Below the pieces are notes generated by a model, which was not told where the DNA came from, did no database searches, and worked only from the letters and a program-made list of their open reading frames with translations. From Candidatus Omnitrophota bacterium (GTDB lineage Bacteria; Omnitrophota; Gorgyraeia; Duberdicusellales; 4484-171), in contig JAIPGM010000001.1 of NCBI GenBank assembly GCA_021735655.1, positions 64,001-128,000 on the forward strand: a stretch of 64,000 nucleotides of DNA, read 5' to 3'. The position numbers were made by a program, and so were the translations under genes. Numbering within the stretch: the stretch's first letter is position 1; the number at the start of each line of letters is the position of its first letter. This document shows positions 1-15,000 of this stretch, in pieces.

Positions 1-3000
1 TATCGCCTGCCGGTTGATGAGGCGCTTTTAAAAGATGAAAGAGGACGTGTAGGAACATGGGGACCTGGTAATGATGATGTTAAGGTTCTTTTTATCGATG
101 AGAATGGTAAAGCAATTACTAAGTGGATCGATGGTGGCTCTGATGATTCAAATTTAGAAGATACTATCGAGGATTTCTATCAAGGCTACAAAGGGTCTAA
201 TGAAAGAACAAGTGGTAAGTTAGAATTGGATGCAGTTCAAGAGATGTATGGTGAATTTTCACCAAACGATGAAAATGCTTATGCCGCACTCACTGGCCAA
301 GGTTATGTCAAGCGGAATGCTTTAGGTGATCGTGACCCTAAAGGAACAACGAAATTTATACCGTTTGATGTAGATGTAAATCATTTAAAACTTGCTCCTA
401 AAGGTGATGCGGCTTTGGCGAGGGCTTTGAGTGATGCTAATGGTAATGGCGTAAGAGATAATGCTTTATTTGTTGATGGCGATGGAACAAAATATTTAAT
501 TCCTTGGGATGCCAAAAATCCTTTTAGTTTTTGGGATACTAGTTTTGAGCAAGCCTTAGAGGAAACCCGTACTAGCGATGTTTTATTCGTACTTCAGATT
601 AATGCTCAAGATATCATTGATTTTGAAAAAAAGGATCCATGGACCGGCGGCATGAAAAAGCTTGCGCCATTTGCAGTCAAAAAGGATGGTGAAATCATTG
701 CCTATCGTTTAGTGGTCAAAGGTTCACAAATCGTACCGGAAGGCAGCGACGGCATTACCGGAGAGACGGCTAATAGAATGAAATTAAAGATTGGTACTGA
801 CCGCGGGTGGTTCTTCGGGGCGGGTCAAAGTCATTTTGAAACCGCTCTTGAAACTAATGCTGAAAATCAACATTGGGCTTTTGATAACAAACTGTATACC
901 GAAGCGGTTGGGCGTTATACTAAAGGCTATGATTTTAGTCTAGATGATACTGCCATTGCTTCAATTGATACTGGAAGCTCAGGTGAATCTTCAGGCCGGC
1001 CTTACCAGGTAAGATGGCTTTCAGTGAATGATGCTACCGAACATTTTAAAGGTGGCTATTATGGCGAAGTTTCTAAAGAAAAGTGGGATGGATTTGTTGC
1101 TGACAACAAAAAAGTAATAGAGGTGCAAGACGAAGACGGCAAAGAGGTTAGAGAGGTTACAGTTGTTCCTTTACTTTTTAAAAGTGATAATATTTTTGAC
1201 ACCAGGGATGGAGGAATGTTTGACCGGGAATCAGATAATGTTGAGTTATTTGATCTTAATTCTAACAGTGAAGTAATTAGAACACAGTTTGCTGATGGCG
1301 GAACCTGGATGGATAGTAATGTAGAAGATGCAGCTGAAGATGCTATGCAGCCTACCGGTAACCTTGATTTTATAAATGAGTCTTGGAGTGGTTTAAATGC
1401 AAATAATTTTGCAATTTTAGGAAACAATGAAGCTTTTTATGTTGATGGTAAGTCGCTTGAACCTTATTTTATGGAGTTGTGGCATAATGATCCGGGTAAT
1501 CCTAACGTACTTGATCTTGTTTCAACTACCATGGCTGCCAATGATTATGTTGATGCTGTAACTTGGGGCTCAGCTGAGATAGCTGGCGAGGTTGTTTTAA
1601 CCGCAGTACTTTTCTTTGCTACACCTGGTCTTCCTGATGAGGTAGCTTCAGGTGGTGCCGCATTAAAAGGCGCGTCAACGATTTGGAGTGGTTTCAAGTT
1701 GGGCGCAGATGCTTCTAAGGCAACAATACGCACCGTCAAGGTGATGAGAACAATAAGAAATGGTTTGTATGCCTATAATATCGCCGGAGGAATTATGGCT
1801 GGGTATGCTGAGGCGAAGAACTGGGTGGTCCATGGTGAGTCACTGCTTGGCTCTGGTGAACATAGCAATCCTTTGGCTCTTGTAGATGCTTATAAAGATG
1901 CCGGACGTACGGCTTTTGTTATTACGGTTGCTATGGGTGCCGGAGGTGCTGCGCTATCGAAGGTTGCCAAATCAACTGGCTTATCAAAAGTAGCAGATGT
2001 TTATAAACATCTGCCCAACCTTGCTAAAATTCCGATTGGAATGCTTGGCCGTGCTGTTGGTTATGGATCATTGGGTGCCGGAAGAGCTGTTCTTTATGGT
2101 GATAACCCTGGTAGTGAGGAGTTTTGGACTCAAACTCTTGCAGCTGCTGCTATTGGGCAGGTTTCACCATTAATAAAGTTAGCTGGAAAAGGCATAAGAC
2201 GTGCCGGAGCACCAAAGCTTAATGATGCTGGAAATGCGATTAAGTCAAGCATCCCGGTTCGTTTAGCTCAAGCTACAGCTAGGACAGTTGGTAAAAGTTT
2301 ATATCGCAACAATGTTCCTTTTACTGGTGCCTTGGCTACTGGCGGAGCCGGAGCATTTAATGCTTGGGTCACTAATGAAAGCAATTATTCGGTTTATACC
2401 TTTGTTCAAGATGCCTTCATTGGTAGTTTAGCAGCCGGAGCTGCTAGTAATTTTGGCAAAGCTGTATTCAATTGGAATCAAAAGTTGAGCAAGCTAAATC
2501 CGGCAGAGTATGCTAAGGCTGAGGCAGCAGGTATTAAGAATATGGTTGGCGGCGTCAAACAATGGGCTTATCAAGGTTGGCCAGCGCTTTGGGCGGTTAC
2601 TGATCTCACTACTGAGGTTCTTAATAGAGGTAAGCTGGGCGGCTATGATATTGGCAAAGAATTCATGATCGGTGATTTAACCGCTAATACCGTACGTAAC
2701 ATTAACAATGTCGTTGCCTTATGGACTCTTTCTAGTAGTTTTGCTCAAGCTCGTGGTGCAGGCAAACATTCATGGTCGGAAGGATTTAAGAATCTTAAAG
2801 AAGGTTCTATTAAGCGTTTTACTGCTAGGGGTGATTTCTTGCCGATTAAAGGTCTTAATTCTCTTGAGTGGGGTTTAACCGCTGCCTTTGCTACTGGTTA
2901 TCCTACTTTTTATAAAAATTACCTTGGTTCAGATGCGTCTTGGAATTCTAAAGATTCTTGGTTTGGCCGTGATTTTTATCGCACTTTAAGTATAGTCACA

Positions 3001-6000
3001 ATAGGCACAAAACTAATTGTTCCGGGATTACGCGATACGCGCAATCTTTCTAGATCGTGGTTTATGGAAGAGCAGGGTGGAAAGCAAGTATTGCTTACGC
3101 CAATGAATCTTACAGCCAAGATGGTCGCTGAATCAGCTCGTCTAGTTAAAGATCTCTCGATCATGATGCCGCTTTTGCCGCATGTTCAGAATTATCTTTA
3201 TGAAAATAGTAGTGGTTGGAATTTTACTGATACGCTTCTTGGTGAGATGTTTGATATCCAGAAAATGCCGTCTGAAGTTTCCCGAGATGTCGTTGCTGCC
3301 ATTGAGGCCCTAAAAAAAGATCCATCTAAGGTAGATACCTTTATAAAGGAAAACATTAAAGATTCAGCTACCCGTGAAGCCTTAAGAAATAAGATCGATT
3401 TAATTAATAAGTCTTCTTTAGCTAATAAAAATCGCGAGATAAGAGAGTTAGTGATATCTACTTATACTGAAGATATGTTAACTGCTAGAAAAATTTCTAG
3501 TCATGGTATCGCCCGGCAGGCAATGGAATTAGGCCTTGATCCTAATGCTCCAAATACTTCGCTTTGGGATTTGCAAAAAAATATTGGAGTTGAACAGTTA
3601 AGAAATCAGCTTGATATTACAACTGGCCCAGAGCGTGAGCACATCTTGCAACAGATTAAAAACTTTGAACAAGCAACACCGTTTGAGTACAAGCTTAATG
3701 TGATGTCAAATTATTCATGGCAAGGTGCAATAACTGCTATGTACTTTGGTCCGACCATGCATTTTATAAGACCGATTTTAAACCCCGGTCTTAGTAAAAT
3801 GCCAGGCTTAGGTGAGTTTCAGTCGTTAGTTCAAGATTTCTTTGGTGATGGAGCTTTTATTGGCGATACGATGAGGAAAGTTGGTATAGACAGTATACCA
3901 TATATCGGAAAGCCAGTTGTTAACGCTGTTGGTAGGGTTATTGAATTCGGCGTTGAAGAAAATTTACGAGAAGTTGTCACTAATCTAGCATTTAGACAGG
4001 CCTTTGTTCAGATCGGCGGGTTTTTAGCTCCTCCGAGAAGAATGGATTATGCTTCTAATGCTGACTATTTTAGGGCTCAATCAGTTTATCAGCAGGCAAT
4101 GGAATGGATTGAGGAATCATTTGACGGTAAGGGGGTTTCGTTTGCTAGTGTCGCGGCTAATCTTAATTTAAATATTCCCACTCAAGCTCTTCAATCGCCA
4201 GGTAGTCCGACTAGTTCAGCTGTTTACGGTAGTGGAACCAGCCCTTTAAATAACGGCCGTGAATTAGCCACAGAGTTACTTACAGCTGAGGCAGATTATA
4301 CTGGTTATCATGATCCAAGTACAGTTGATATACAAACTGGTCCGGGAAGTTTTGCAACTTTGGCTGATCTTAGCTTGCCTTCATCAGGAACTCCAGCTGG
4401 CACTTCAGACTCAGCAAAAATAGTTTTAGTTCGTGGATTAACTAGGCAAACTGGTCAAGCTGACTTTGTTAATCCGGTTACCGGCGAAATTGGCATTGAT
4501 GCTTCCTTAGGAAAATATGATGCTTCTACTGGAAGGATAGCTCTTACCGATCAAGGTGGAGTAGCCGCACAACATGCTGCGGCTGAGTTTAGGGCGCACA
4601 GGGAAAACGCATCTAGAAAGGGTGTTTCATTAGAGGATTATAATACTTGGTTAGATAGTAATCCAACTGTGGCAAGAACAATCCATGATGGGGTTGTTTC
4701 TGATGGAGCCGTAGCACCGAGAAGTAATTTTGGTCTTTTTGCAACGCCGGTAGCTGATATTGTTGTTGAGGTTGGCGATAGACCAATAAAGATGAAGGGA
4801 ATAAAAGCTCCAGCTACAGCCGCAATTAATGGGATTTGGTCACTAAGCAGTGACAAGGAAAGAGTCACCACTTTAGATGGTTTAATTGGTTTTGTCAAGA
4901 GAGCGGTTATTCGAGATAAGGCTGCTGAGGTAAAGCTTAACACTGGCAGTGGTCAAATAGTCTTGACTGCTGACAATTTAATGGAATTAGAGATTTTAAG
5001 GGAACGTCTGGTTAATGTTCAAGGCAGTGTTAATACGGATGAGTTAATCAATAGAGCCCGTTATTCACAAGATAACGCGCGCCGTCTGGCTGCTCAACAG
5101 TCTTTAATTGAGACCCTTAACAATGATCAGCTATCAACACTTATTTCTGGAGAAGCAGTCGGTCAGTTAAAAATTGATTTTCTCCAGGAAGGTTTAACTC
5201 GAGCTATGGCTGGAAGGCCGAGTCAGCTAAGAAGAAAGATAGTTGGTGATGCTTTTGATAGATTAGGTAGTCGCTATAGAGATTTACCGCATGGGCTATG
5301 GTCTTTTTATCATTCTTTCCGATCAGCAATGAATCGGACTGAGTTCTATATGCATAAGGCTCAATTTAGATCTGACAGTGCACGTATAGATTTAGTTCAA
5401 AGGATTAGTGATTATCAAGATAGTCAATTCGGCCAAGGCGAGAGCAGCAGCCAAACTACGATTGCTTTGCAAGGTGTCTTACCTTATTATAGCCGTTATT
5501 TAAGGCGCGATGCTAATCGTCGCTTCTGGGCCCAGAAAGCTAACTCTGGTTTAGATTCTTATGGTCGCCTGTCACCATTACGATTGTTGCAATTAGCTGC
5601 CTGGAATCGGGAACTTAAATTAGCTGAATTCTACGTGGATGGATTTAAGACTGAGTTTGATGCTGAAGGTAAAATTGTAGTTAAGCCGCTAGACCCAACC
5701 AAAGATATAGCTTATGCTTTGGTCGGACGTAATGGAAGAGATTTTGATACTCCAATGCGCTGGGTTGAATGGCGGGCTGGTGATAAGTTGCAAGATTTCA
5801 TTTTCAGGTATGACCTTAAGGCTGATAAATTGCTTGAGTGGGCTTTTTATAAGGCAACGGATAATAGTGGATTGAAAACTTTAAGAAAGGCTTTAGGTCA
5901 TAGTGATGACCCTTATCCACCAATAGTTATGGAAATGAGCCAGCATTGGGGTGATCTTGATGATGACCCTGTTATTGCCCGTAAAAATAAACAAATTAAA

Positions 6001-9000
6001 GTTGCTAAGGTTTTTGAACCTGATTTTATTAGTGTTCCGGGCGTAGATACTCGTCGTCAATGGCCCATTGGCAAAGGACTAACCTTAACTCAAATCGATG
6101 ATAGCTTATATCAGTTAGAGGGAACATCTGATTCAGGAGAAGCGATTGACGAACCTATTGATTTTTCTGTTATAGGTAGTAGATCTCTAGAAGTGACAGT
6201 GGGCTCTGAAACTATCAAATTTTCTCGAGCTAAAAATAATGCTGCCATTGTAGTTACTAAAGCAGGAAAAGAAAGCAAGCTAACTGAGCACAATGTTCAG
6301 CTGTCTTTAAAGGTTGATGTTGATGGTAAAGAAGAAGAGATCTCAGTGACACTTGCAGAAATAGCTAGAAACGATAGCCTTTACCTTATATATCCTAGTC
6401 AGGCTCGAGGATATGATATTACAATTATTCATCGCAAGATGGGCGGACATCAGCTAACCATAAGGCCTTATGCCATTGATGTTTCTGGTAGTGATGATTT
6501 ATCGGATGTTGGTCCTCGTAGTTTGGTTGAAGATTGGAAAGATGTTTTACCTGAAGCAGAAGAGGCAACTGATAAACCTGGATTTAAGAAAGAAGCTGAT
6601 AAAGATGGTATTTTAGCTAGCTTAGAGGCCATCAGAGATGATGCAATGGCTGGCGATCCCGACGCTAGAGAAGCTTGGGGTCAATTAATTGATGATGGTG
6701 TGGCGGCTGGTCTTTGGGAATCTGCTAAAAAAGGTCCTAAATGGGATGGTTCTGGTCCGGCGATTAGTAGTATTGGAGAAGGTGACAATGGATCTGAAAA
6801 CCTAAGTATAGCTGGCAAATGGTCAAAACATCAAAAGATTAAGCAGATCGAAATGATAGTTCGTCTTAGTGATGGCCAGGAAGTTTCAGTTCCAGTAACA
6901 GTGTTTTATATTGAAGGTTTAAGAGCAAGCCATGTTGGTTTTTATGACGGAAGACCTTCTATATACTTAACTTACTATTCTGACTATTCACATGAGCTCG
7001 GTGAAATGCAGCGGCATTTACAGGCAATGGCTGACCTTGATTTATCAGCTACTAGCCGGACGGATATTGAGGAATATTATAGTAAGCTCACTCCTGAAGC
7101 CGCACGAGCTATCCATGATCAGGTTATTGGCGAGGCTATTGATGGTCTTATTAGTCAAGGTATTTTGCCGGGGAAGGATCCTTTGGCTGAATATGAGAAG
7201 TTTGTAGAGTTAAGGCATGCTCGTGAAGACCTTGAAAGAGCAACAACCAGTGAAGGTTTAGCTAAAGCTCACAAGAGGTTAAATGATTTATCTTTTGAGG
7301 CTAGTGATATGGGCATGAAGCCTAGCCGTGTTTTAGCAGTTGAAGCTGGAGTTGATCAAGAGCCGTCAGATAGCCAGACTAATGATAGCCCGTTTGTTCC
7401 TTCTAATCGCATACCTATGATACCGGGCTCTTCTTCACCAGTTGGCTTACCTAATCCTGTTCAGACTCCGCTTGGCCCAAAAGGACTTTCGCCTTTATCT
7501 ATTATTAGAAGGACATCAACTTTTATTACAAATTTAAGGGGTTATCTGGGTTTATCACCGGCTATAGCTGCTGAAGTAGGCGCTGTGCCGAGTGACAGTA
7601 GAAGACAAATAGATGCTTTAACAGCTAAGATTGACGATGAGAGTGATATAAGCTTTGGAAGATCAGCGAATTCGCCCGGCAAGACGGTGGTCCATGCCGT
7701 AATTGCCTTTGTACGGCGATGGATCAATTTTACAGAGGGCAAAATAGCAGTTGGATTTACAAATTTTGGTCATAAATTTGACCAATTTGAAAAAAGAATC
7801 AGCTCTTTATTAGGAAAAATAGGCAGAAATGCCACTTCTGAAAGCGAAAGAGGTGTATCTGGAAGCGCTAGGAGTGTATCTAGAAACGGAAGCCAGGCCG
7901 GAGTAGCTTTAGACAACGGAAAGGATTTAGAAGTCAAAGCTAACCCTGAAGATGGCCGCAGACCGTTAAGAAGAGCTGAGAGTAAGCTTATAGCAGGAGT
8001 AGATAGCATACCTAATAGTAGGGATGCTGAAGAAACTCAAGCTGAAGAGATTGGCTTGGGTGGTAATGGCAGTGGTTCACAAAATGGTGGTCAAGGAACT
8101 TTAGGCGGTTCGTCTATAGAGATCGAACTACCTGTAATTTTAGATTTACGACGTCTTCATGAATCCTTCAGACCAGTAGTAGTTGGCCATAATGCCTCAA
8201 AGGCTCAGGCTCCGCCTGCAAATTCAAGAAAACAAGCAAGTTTAATTTTCTATACCCACCCAATAACTGTACTTGCTTTAGGTTTTATCTTTTTAGGCTT
8301 AAAAATTCCTCAACTTTTACCAATATCCATATTAATAGCTTTAGGTTTATTAGCAATATTGCCGCTTTCTCGGATTCTACCAAACGTGGCCGGTGGGTCC
8401 TTGAGAGCGGCTTTTGATTTAAATCAATGGACCCATCCTACTGTCGAAGTTGCCTCTCCATCAACCTTCCTGGCAAGTGGGTCCCGTAATAATAGTTCCA
8501 GTAGCTCAATCCACACCGATAAGGTTGCCTCTCCAACTTCTAAATTGGTTGTTGGGCTTTCTGGAACTAGTCTTAATAGAGGGGTAAGTAGTAATAGTAG
8601 CAGTAAAACAGAACAAGGGGGTGCAAGATGGTCAGTAACATCAGATCGCTCAGGTTTCAACACTTGGTTGTGGCAACCGATGGAACGATTTTTGCATCAG
8701 CTAGAGACAGCTTTGACCGCATTGAGAACTACATCGTCAGCCGTTTTGGAGATGTTAAGCGCCAGGTTAACACGCGTTTTGAACCGGTTAGATCGGATGA
8801 GGCAGGATGGATTAAGAACCTTATCGGAGTTCCTCAGACGATTCCGATCTATCGGGCAAAGAACATTAGCGTTAGCTAGCGCTGAGAGAGGGTCCGTGGC
8901 AGGACAATTTTCTAAGGGGGTCCGTGGTAGACCACTCGATAATGGCCGAGCTAAAAGATTAGCATCTCGAGCTTTGTCAATAATTACTGCTTTAGCTGTT

Positions 9001-12000
9001 TTAGGTTCAGCTAATGTTGTTCAGGCAGCTGAAGCAGGTCAGGCAAGTGATAGCGAAGTAAATGTGGGGTTAGTTTTAGCAGTTGTTTTTGCGGTAGCAG
9101 CAGTTTTAGCAGGAATCAGTTTTAGAATTTATGCCGGACAGAGGATCAAAGATATTGAATCTAAAACTGGAATCCAAGATAGCGCAAGAATTACTAGAAT
9201 CAGAGCAATAATTGAAGAGTTAAAACAAGAAGCTCTCAGGTTAGCTCAAGTCGCTCGAGAAAATGCGATGATAAAGGTTCTAATAGCACCTCAGGGTGAC
9301 CCATATAGAAGACTTAGTGCTTCTGAAATAGAAAAATTAAGAGCTAACCAGAAACCAGATGTAGAGTTGAGATTGTGGGATGTAACTGTGAGCGGAACCG
9401 GAACCGTAAGAATAATTTATGGTTTTAGCGAGGATAGAGTTGATTTCATAGTCATTGCTACCGATGGCGTTGTTCGAAGACAAAGTTTACCACGCGATTA
9501 TGTAGTTGATTCTATTGTAAGCGATAATGTAATTGTCGATTTATATCGTGGGAACCTCAATACTCAGCGAATCATAGAACATAGCATATATCAACGCTTA
9601 ACATCAATTATTGGTAGCTACAACGCAGAATTAGAAGCTGCCCTTGAAGAGGCTGAAGCTAATTCAAAGCAAGCTAAAGAACTATTAGACAGTAACCAAA
9701 GACTATCAGCTCGTGCCATTCGTGCTAGAGCTCGTCAAGCTGCTAGCTTAGCCGGAGCAGCCATTGATAATGCTACAACCTTAATTGAAATCGCCATCTC
9801 ATTGAATGTAGCTAGATTAAGAGCTCGAGCTAAAGTCTTAGAGAGAGAAGCTCAGGCTACTTTAAGACAAGCTGAAAATAAAATACAGAGACCACTTGAT
9901 AATGGTCGAGTGAAAAATGAACCATTAATAGGTTTTAGTCCTAATGGTTTTCATGAAAGTAAACTATTTACAATAATAACGCTAGGTTTGCTTTTATTAG
10001 CCGTAGCAGCAACAGTGACCTATCCGATTTACGCGTTAATGTATTTATCAATACCGCTCGGTGGAACTATCATTCTTTATGCATTGCTCGCTTCTGCGGC
10101 AGTTTTCTTTTCTATTAATTTTATTAACCTTCTTAATAGGATTGAATATTATCTTTTAATCAGTCGAGCACCACAAGCTGAACAAAGTCTAATTAAGGCA
10201 AGGAACTATGTAGAATTTCAGGATGCAGTCTATGCAATAGCTAGAGAGGCTGGAATTAGCATTCCTCATATAGATAGTATAGGCCAAGCTGAGGTTATTA
10301 TTGATAAAGTTACTGCGTCGCTTGAAGCTAGGGATTTAGATAAAGAAAGAGTTCAGGGAATAAGAACAGCTTTAGAGATGTTATTTTTAGGCGATGGTTT
10401 TGCTTTCGATCTTTTCGCTGCAGCCGTCTATATGATATCTTATCGAGACGAAAATAGTAGGTATCCAGCTTGGGTAAGCGGGTATCAAGAGAATGTTGGA
10501 AGAGTATACTATTCCAATCATCGTAAAACTCGTTCTCATTTGGGAAGTTTCTATCCTTGGTTGAGCATTCTACCTCATGAAGCCATGCATGCATTTTTAG
10601 CTAGAGCTAATTTAATTGATGGCGGAGCGATCGGTGAGGAGATCGCTACCAAAGCTGCTCGTATGAGCGAAAACGTAATAATTAGAGAGGTAGTTTCACC
10701 GTCAACCGCTTGGGAATCTTACCTGAGAAATCATTGGGGAGAAGTTCAAGATGGCTATTCTCATGATGGACAAGAGGTAGAGGTATTAAATATCAGTTCA
10801 ATGGCCCTACGAGGAATTGCTTTAATTCGTTTTATTAGAAATTTACTTAGCTTGAGGCTATTTCAATTGAGAGAGCTAGCATCTTTAGCAAGAGTTATAT
10901 TATTAGGTACACCGAATACAACTCTTGGTTTAGCATTTGCGCTTGATAATGGAAAGAAACCTACTCGAGTATGGAAAAGAATGCCTAGTTTGCAGACGGT
11001 TTATGAAACAAGAGGCAACAGAATTGACCGTTTTTTCCGAGCCATAATGTTAGCTGAGACTTTTGAACAAGAGGAAAAGGCTGTTAGACTAGCTAAGAAA
11101 ACCCTTAACTCAGATGATTATCTCAAATTAATGAAAAGAATTATGGCTTCAGTTGAGGTTGTCGCTGATGATGATCAGACTGATAGTAGAGCAACTCCGC
11201 TCGACAATGGCCGTTCAAGAAGGGTAATACCTAGAACCTTATCAGTAATTGTTACCTTAGTTGTTTTAGGTTCAACTAAAACAGCCTTTGCTTCAGGAGC
11301 AGTCGCTGCCGGCTCAGCAACAGTGCCTTTTTGGGGTGTAGTTGCTATGATTGTTATGGGGCTAGCTTTTGCATATATGTTTGGTTTTGTAGTTTATAGT
11401 ATGATTCGTAGTGCCAATATTGGCGGCCGAGATGAAATTAATGAGTTAAGGGATCGGGTTAGAGAGTTAGGTGGAAGCAAAGCTTTAAGAGAAGCCGGAA
11501 CCCCTGAAGAACTTATTGGAAATCTAAACAGTAAAGGCCAGGTTAGTGAAAACGAAATAGAAGGAGAGCTTGATGTAGTAGAAGCTCAAATTAGGAACAT
11601 TGAAGAAAGTAATAGTTCAAGTTGGTCCCAAGATCAGTTAGTTAGCTTAGAGGGCTATAGAGATGAATTAAGAAGAGAACTACTTGAAGCACAAGAACGA
11701 TTAAGAGTTTTAGAAGAAGAAATTGCTGGAGATATTCGTGCTTTTGAAAGAGCTCATGAATTAAATGTACCTTATGCAGCAGATGGTGATTTAGAAGAAG
11801 CTCCTCAGCCAAAAACTGTAGTTGGTAGAACACTCAGATTAGCTGGTCAAATTGCTAAGGTAGCCGTGGTAGCTACATTTGGCATAATGGTTATTGCATC
11901 TCCGGCTACCAGTTTTGCAGGATCTACCTTTGGTCAGTCGGCAGATGGTTTGGCTATGGACCATAATTCAGATATGGATGATCAGGATATAGACATGGAT

Positions 12001-15000
12001 CATTCAATGGGAGCTGTTTTACCGAACACAGAAACATTAACAACTGATGAAGTAGTTTTTGATCCTTCTTCAGTTATTGATTCTTTGTCAGATCAAGCTG
12101 GGGTTGATATAGCCGACACAGCACATTTTAATAGAGAGCTTAGTGGAGCTAAAGATAAGGTTGTTGTGTTAGATTTTTGGGCTACTTGGTGTGGACCTTG
12201 TAGAGACGTGGCTCCACTTTTAGAAGAAATTGCTGAGTCTGATGATAATATTAGGTTATTGAAAATTGACATTGATGACAACCCTGAAATTTTTAATAAA
12301 TTTAAGGTAGTGGATAAGGTAACTGGCAAAGAATTAGTTCCTCAGATACACGTTTTGGTCCATAATCCTAAAAATGGAAATTGGGAACGAAGAGAAGCTT
12401 TGGTAGGTAAAAAGAGTAAAAATCAGATAGAGGCTAGCCTCAGGCCATACTTAGCTGGTTTGGCTAAAGCTGAAACAGAAAGCGATAAGCCGGCCAAGGA
12501 AGCTTCTGAGGGCGAAGCAAGTAGTGGTCATTTTTCAGTTCCTTCAGGGGAAGCGGATTCTAAAGATTTGGCCGAAAGAAGGATTGATGAGATAGAGAAA
12601 AAACTTGTAGCTGAAAAAGAATTAACTGAAAAGAAAAATAAGGCTGATCAAGCTTTTAGCAGCGGTGATTACAGAGAGGCTGCTGAGCTTTATGAGGAAG
12701 TTTTAAATTCGGATTTAGCTAAGGGAGCTTTAGAAGCAATCGCAAAAACAAAGTTGGCTGTTGCTAAGCAGAAAATTGAAGTAGGCGATTCCGATCAGAA
12801 TATTAAAACCACTGCTGTTGGAGATGATAAGGTAGCTCCTGAAAATGAGAGCTTACAGCAAGTTATAGACCAAGGTTTAAAACAAACATCCTCAGCGACT
12901 ATTAACGAAGCGTTAGTTAAGTTAAGAACATATAAGATTGAAGAAGGTAGCTTGTCTGATGAATCTTATAGAGCACTTAAGGCTGAACAAGAAAAAGCTA
13001 TAAGTTTGTTAGTTCAGAGAGTAAAAGCTGTTACTTTTGCTGAGCTCAAAATGCAAAGAGCAATTGAAGCTTCAAATTACAATAAAGCCATGAATGAAAT
13101 CGGTAATGTTTATGTAGAAACATCTACTGATGGTTTAACTAGAGCAATTACCGATGCTATTAATATTCAAGCTCAACACTTAGAGAGTGTATTGACGGCT
13201 ATCCACGTTGCAGACAGGACAGACAAGATTGATTTTGCCTTGAAAGTACTTAAAGAAAGTAAAGGTAAGAATTTACTCCCAGAGGAATTAGAAACAAAAC
13301 TTCAACAAAAAGTAGATAGAGCTATTGGCGAGCTCACAGCAAGAAAAGCCACAGTTGGTCAAGAGACTGATTCAATAAGAGCGCCACCAACTGATAAACC
13401 AGCTACTGAAGAAGCAGAAGCGTCCACAGATTATTCAAAGGTCGGTATTGAGCAATTGACAGAATTGGTAGATGCTAAGATTAAATCTCAACTTTCTCCG
13501 GAAGAGAAAAAAGTTTATGAGGCAAACAAAAACAAGTTAGATTATTTAAAGAAAAATCATCCGGATCTTTTTAAGAAACTTGTTGTTATTGCCGAAGACG
13601 ATATAAAGGCTTGGTTCGAAGCTAACCAAAAACCAATTGTTCAAGCTCAACAAACAGAAATACATAGAGCCGAAAATGTTCTTAAGCAATTCTTAACAAG
13701 ATTTGGCATAGAGTTTAATCAGCCGCGCTATGTAATGGTTTCGGAAAAATTACTTGATGGTCGCTTGGGCGCAGTTTATATTTTATCTCCGGATACAGTT
13801 ATTCTATCTGATAAATTTGAAGTTAAGCAGAAGGTTAGACCGCAAGGAAGGTCTCAGGGACGAAGCCTAGTCGCCCTTGAACCAGCTGGTTCAAATATCG
13901 AAGCTGCTAATCCTAATGAAAATTCTTTAGCTATCGTAGTTATTCATGAGAATCTTCATTTAGTTAAAAATTCTGGTTTAGGCAGCGATCAGATTAACGA
14001 AGGATTTATCCAACATACAACTGATATATTAGCAAAGCAAAATAATTTTAAAGTATCTCACGATCTATATGAACCGCAAAAGGCAGTTATTTATGCCTTA
14101 GAGGCAGAAATAAGTAAAGTTGCCGGAGTAAGCTTAGCTCAAGCTTACGATATGGTAGCCAAAGGATACTTATTAGGAGATACCAGTTTTATTTCAGCAA
14201 ATATTGGAGAAGGCTCCTGGGAAGAAATTGTTAGTATTTCTAATGAATATAGAGATAAAATGGCTTTTGATAATAATCCGTTGCTTTGGGATAAATATGT
14301 ACCTAGAGTAGCTAAAAAATTAGGGGTTAATGACGAAAGCTTAAAAGATCAGCCTAGAGGTTTGAGAGAGAGAGCTAAGCAGTCAGTGGTTGAGTTAGCC
14401 GTTGTTGTTGGAAAAGTTCAAGAGTCTGACAGCGTAGAGCCCGAAGTATCAGACCAAGAGTTACCTAAAGAAGAGGTCAAGAAGGCTGATGGTGATCAAT
14501 CTGTAGATGCTCAGGTTTATTCTTCAGCTCGAGGATTGAATTTAAAGGATAAACAAGAGGGCGAGCAGTTGCAGCAAGCATTCGCAAAAGCAGTTGTTGG
14601 CAATAATGTACCTGAAGAAGCGTTTGTTGTTACTGGCGATACAGATAAGAATTTTTCTGTTAAAGGCAAATTAAGTAATGAAGATGTTGTTAGTTATAGC
14701 ACTAAGAAGATATCTGAGCGCCAAGAGCAGGGATCTCTTACTGCTGGCAGTTTAATAAAGGTAAGAGAGGTTGGTGGAGATAAGAGTTTTCTCTGGCAGA
14801 CACATTTGGGTGATGTTTATGAATTTAAGGCTGACGGGACAGTAAGTAAACTTATTGATGCACGTGATCAAACGGCCTCTAAAATTAAGGTAAATCCAGC
14901 TGAAGAAGGATTGCTCGATACAATAGGCAGGCATGCTTATGAACAGATGCAGAGAGGAATTACGAAGGGATCTATTTTTAACTCTCAAGAGGAACAAATA

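Noticed and set aside
6992-7207. Small + strand ORFs in frames 2 and 3 (6992-7207, 8628-8879, 20180-20413, 20525-20713, 36059-36292, 40572-40787, 41754-41957, 47477-47695).
   Set aside because: They are embedded out-of-frame inside the continuous frame-1 ORF. They have no domain signatures and are typical overlapping-frame noise.
8932-8946. PLDNG as an intein junction, a 2A 'StopGo' peptide or a sortase-type sorting signal.
   Set aside because: There are no intein blocks (no Cys/Ser +1 residue, no HN terminus). It does not match the D(V/I)ExNPGP 2A consensus. LPxTG and exosortase-type signals are C-terminal and followed by a TM segment, whereas here the motif comes before N-terminal-type signal peptides.
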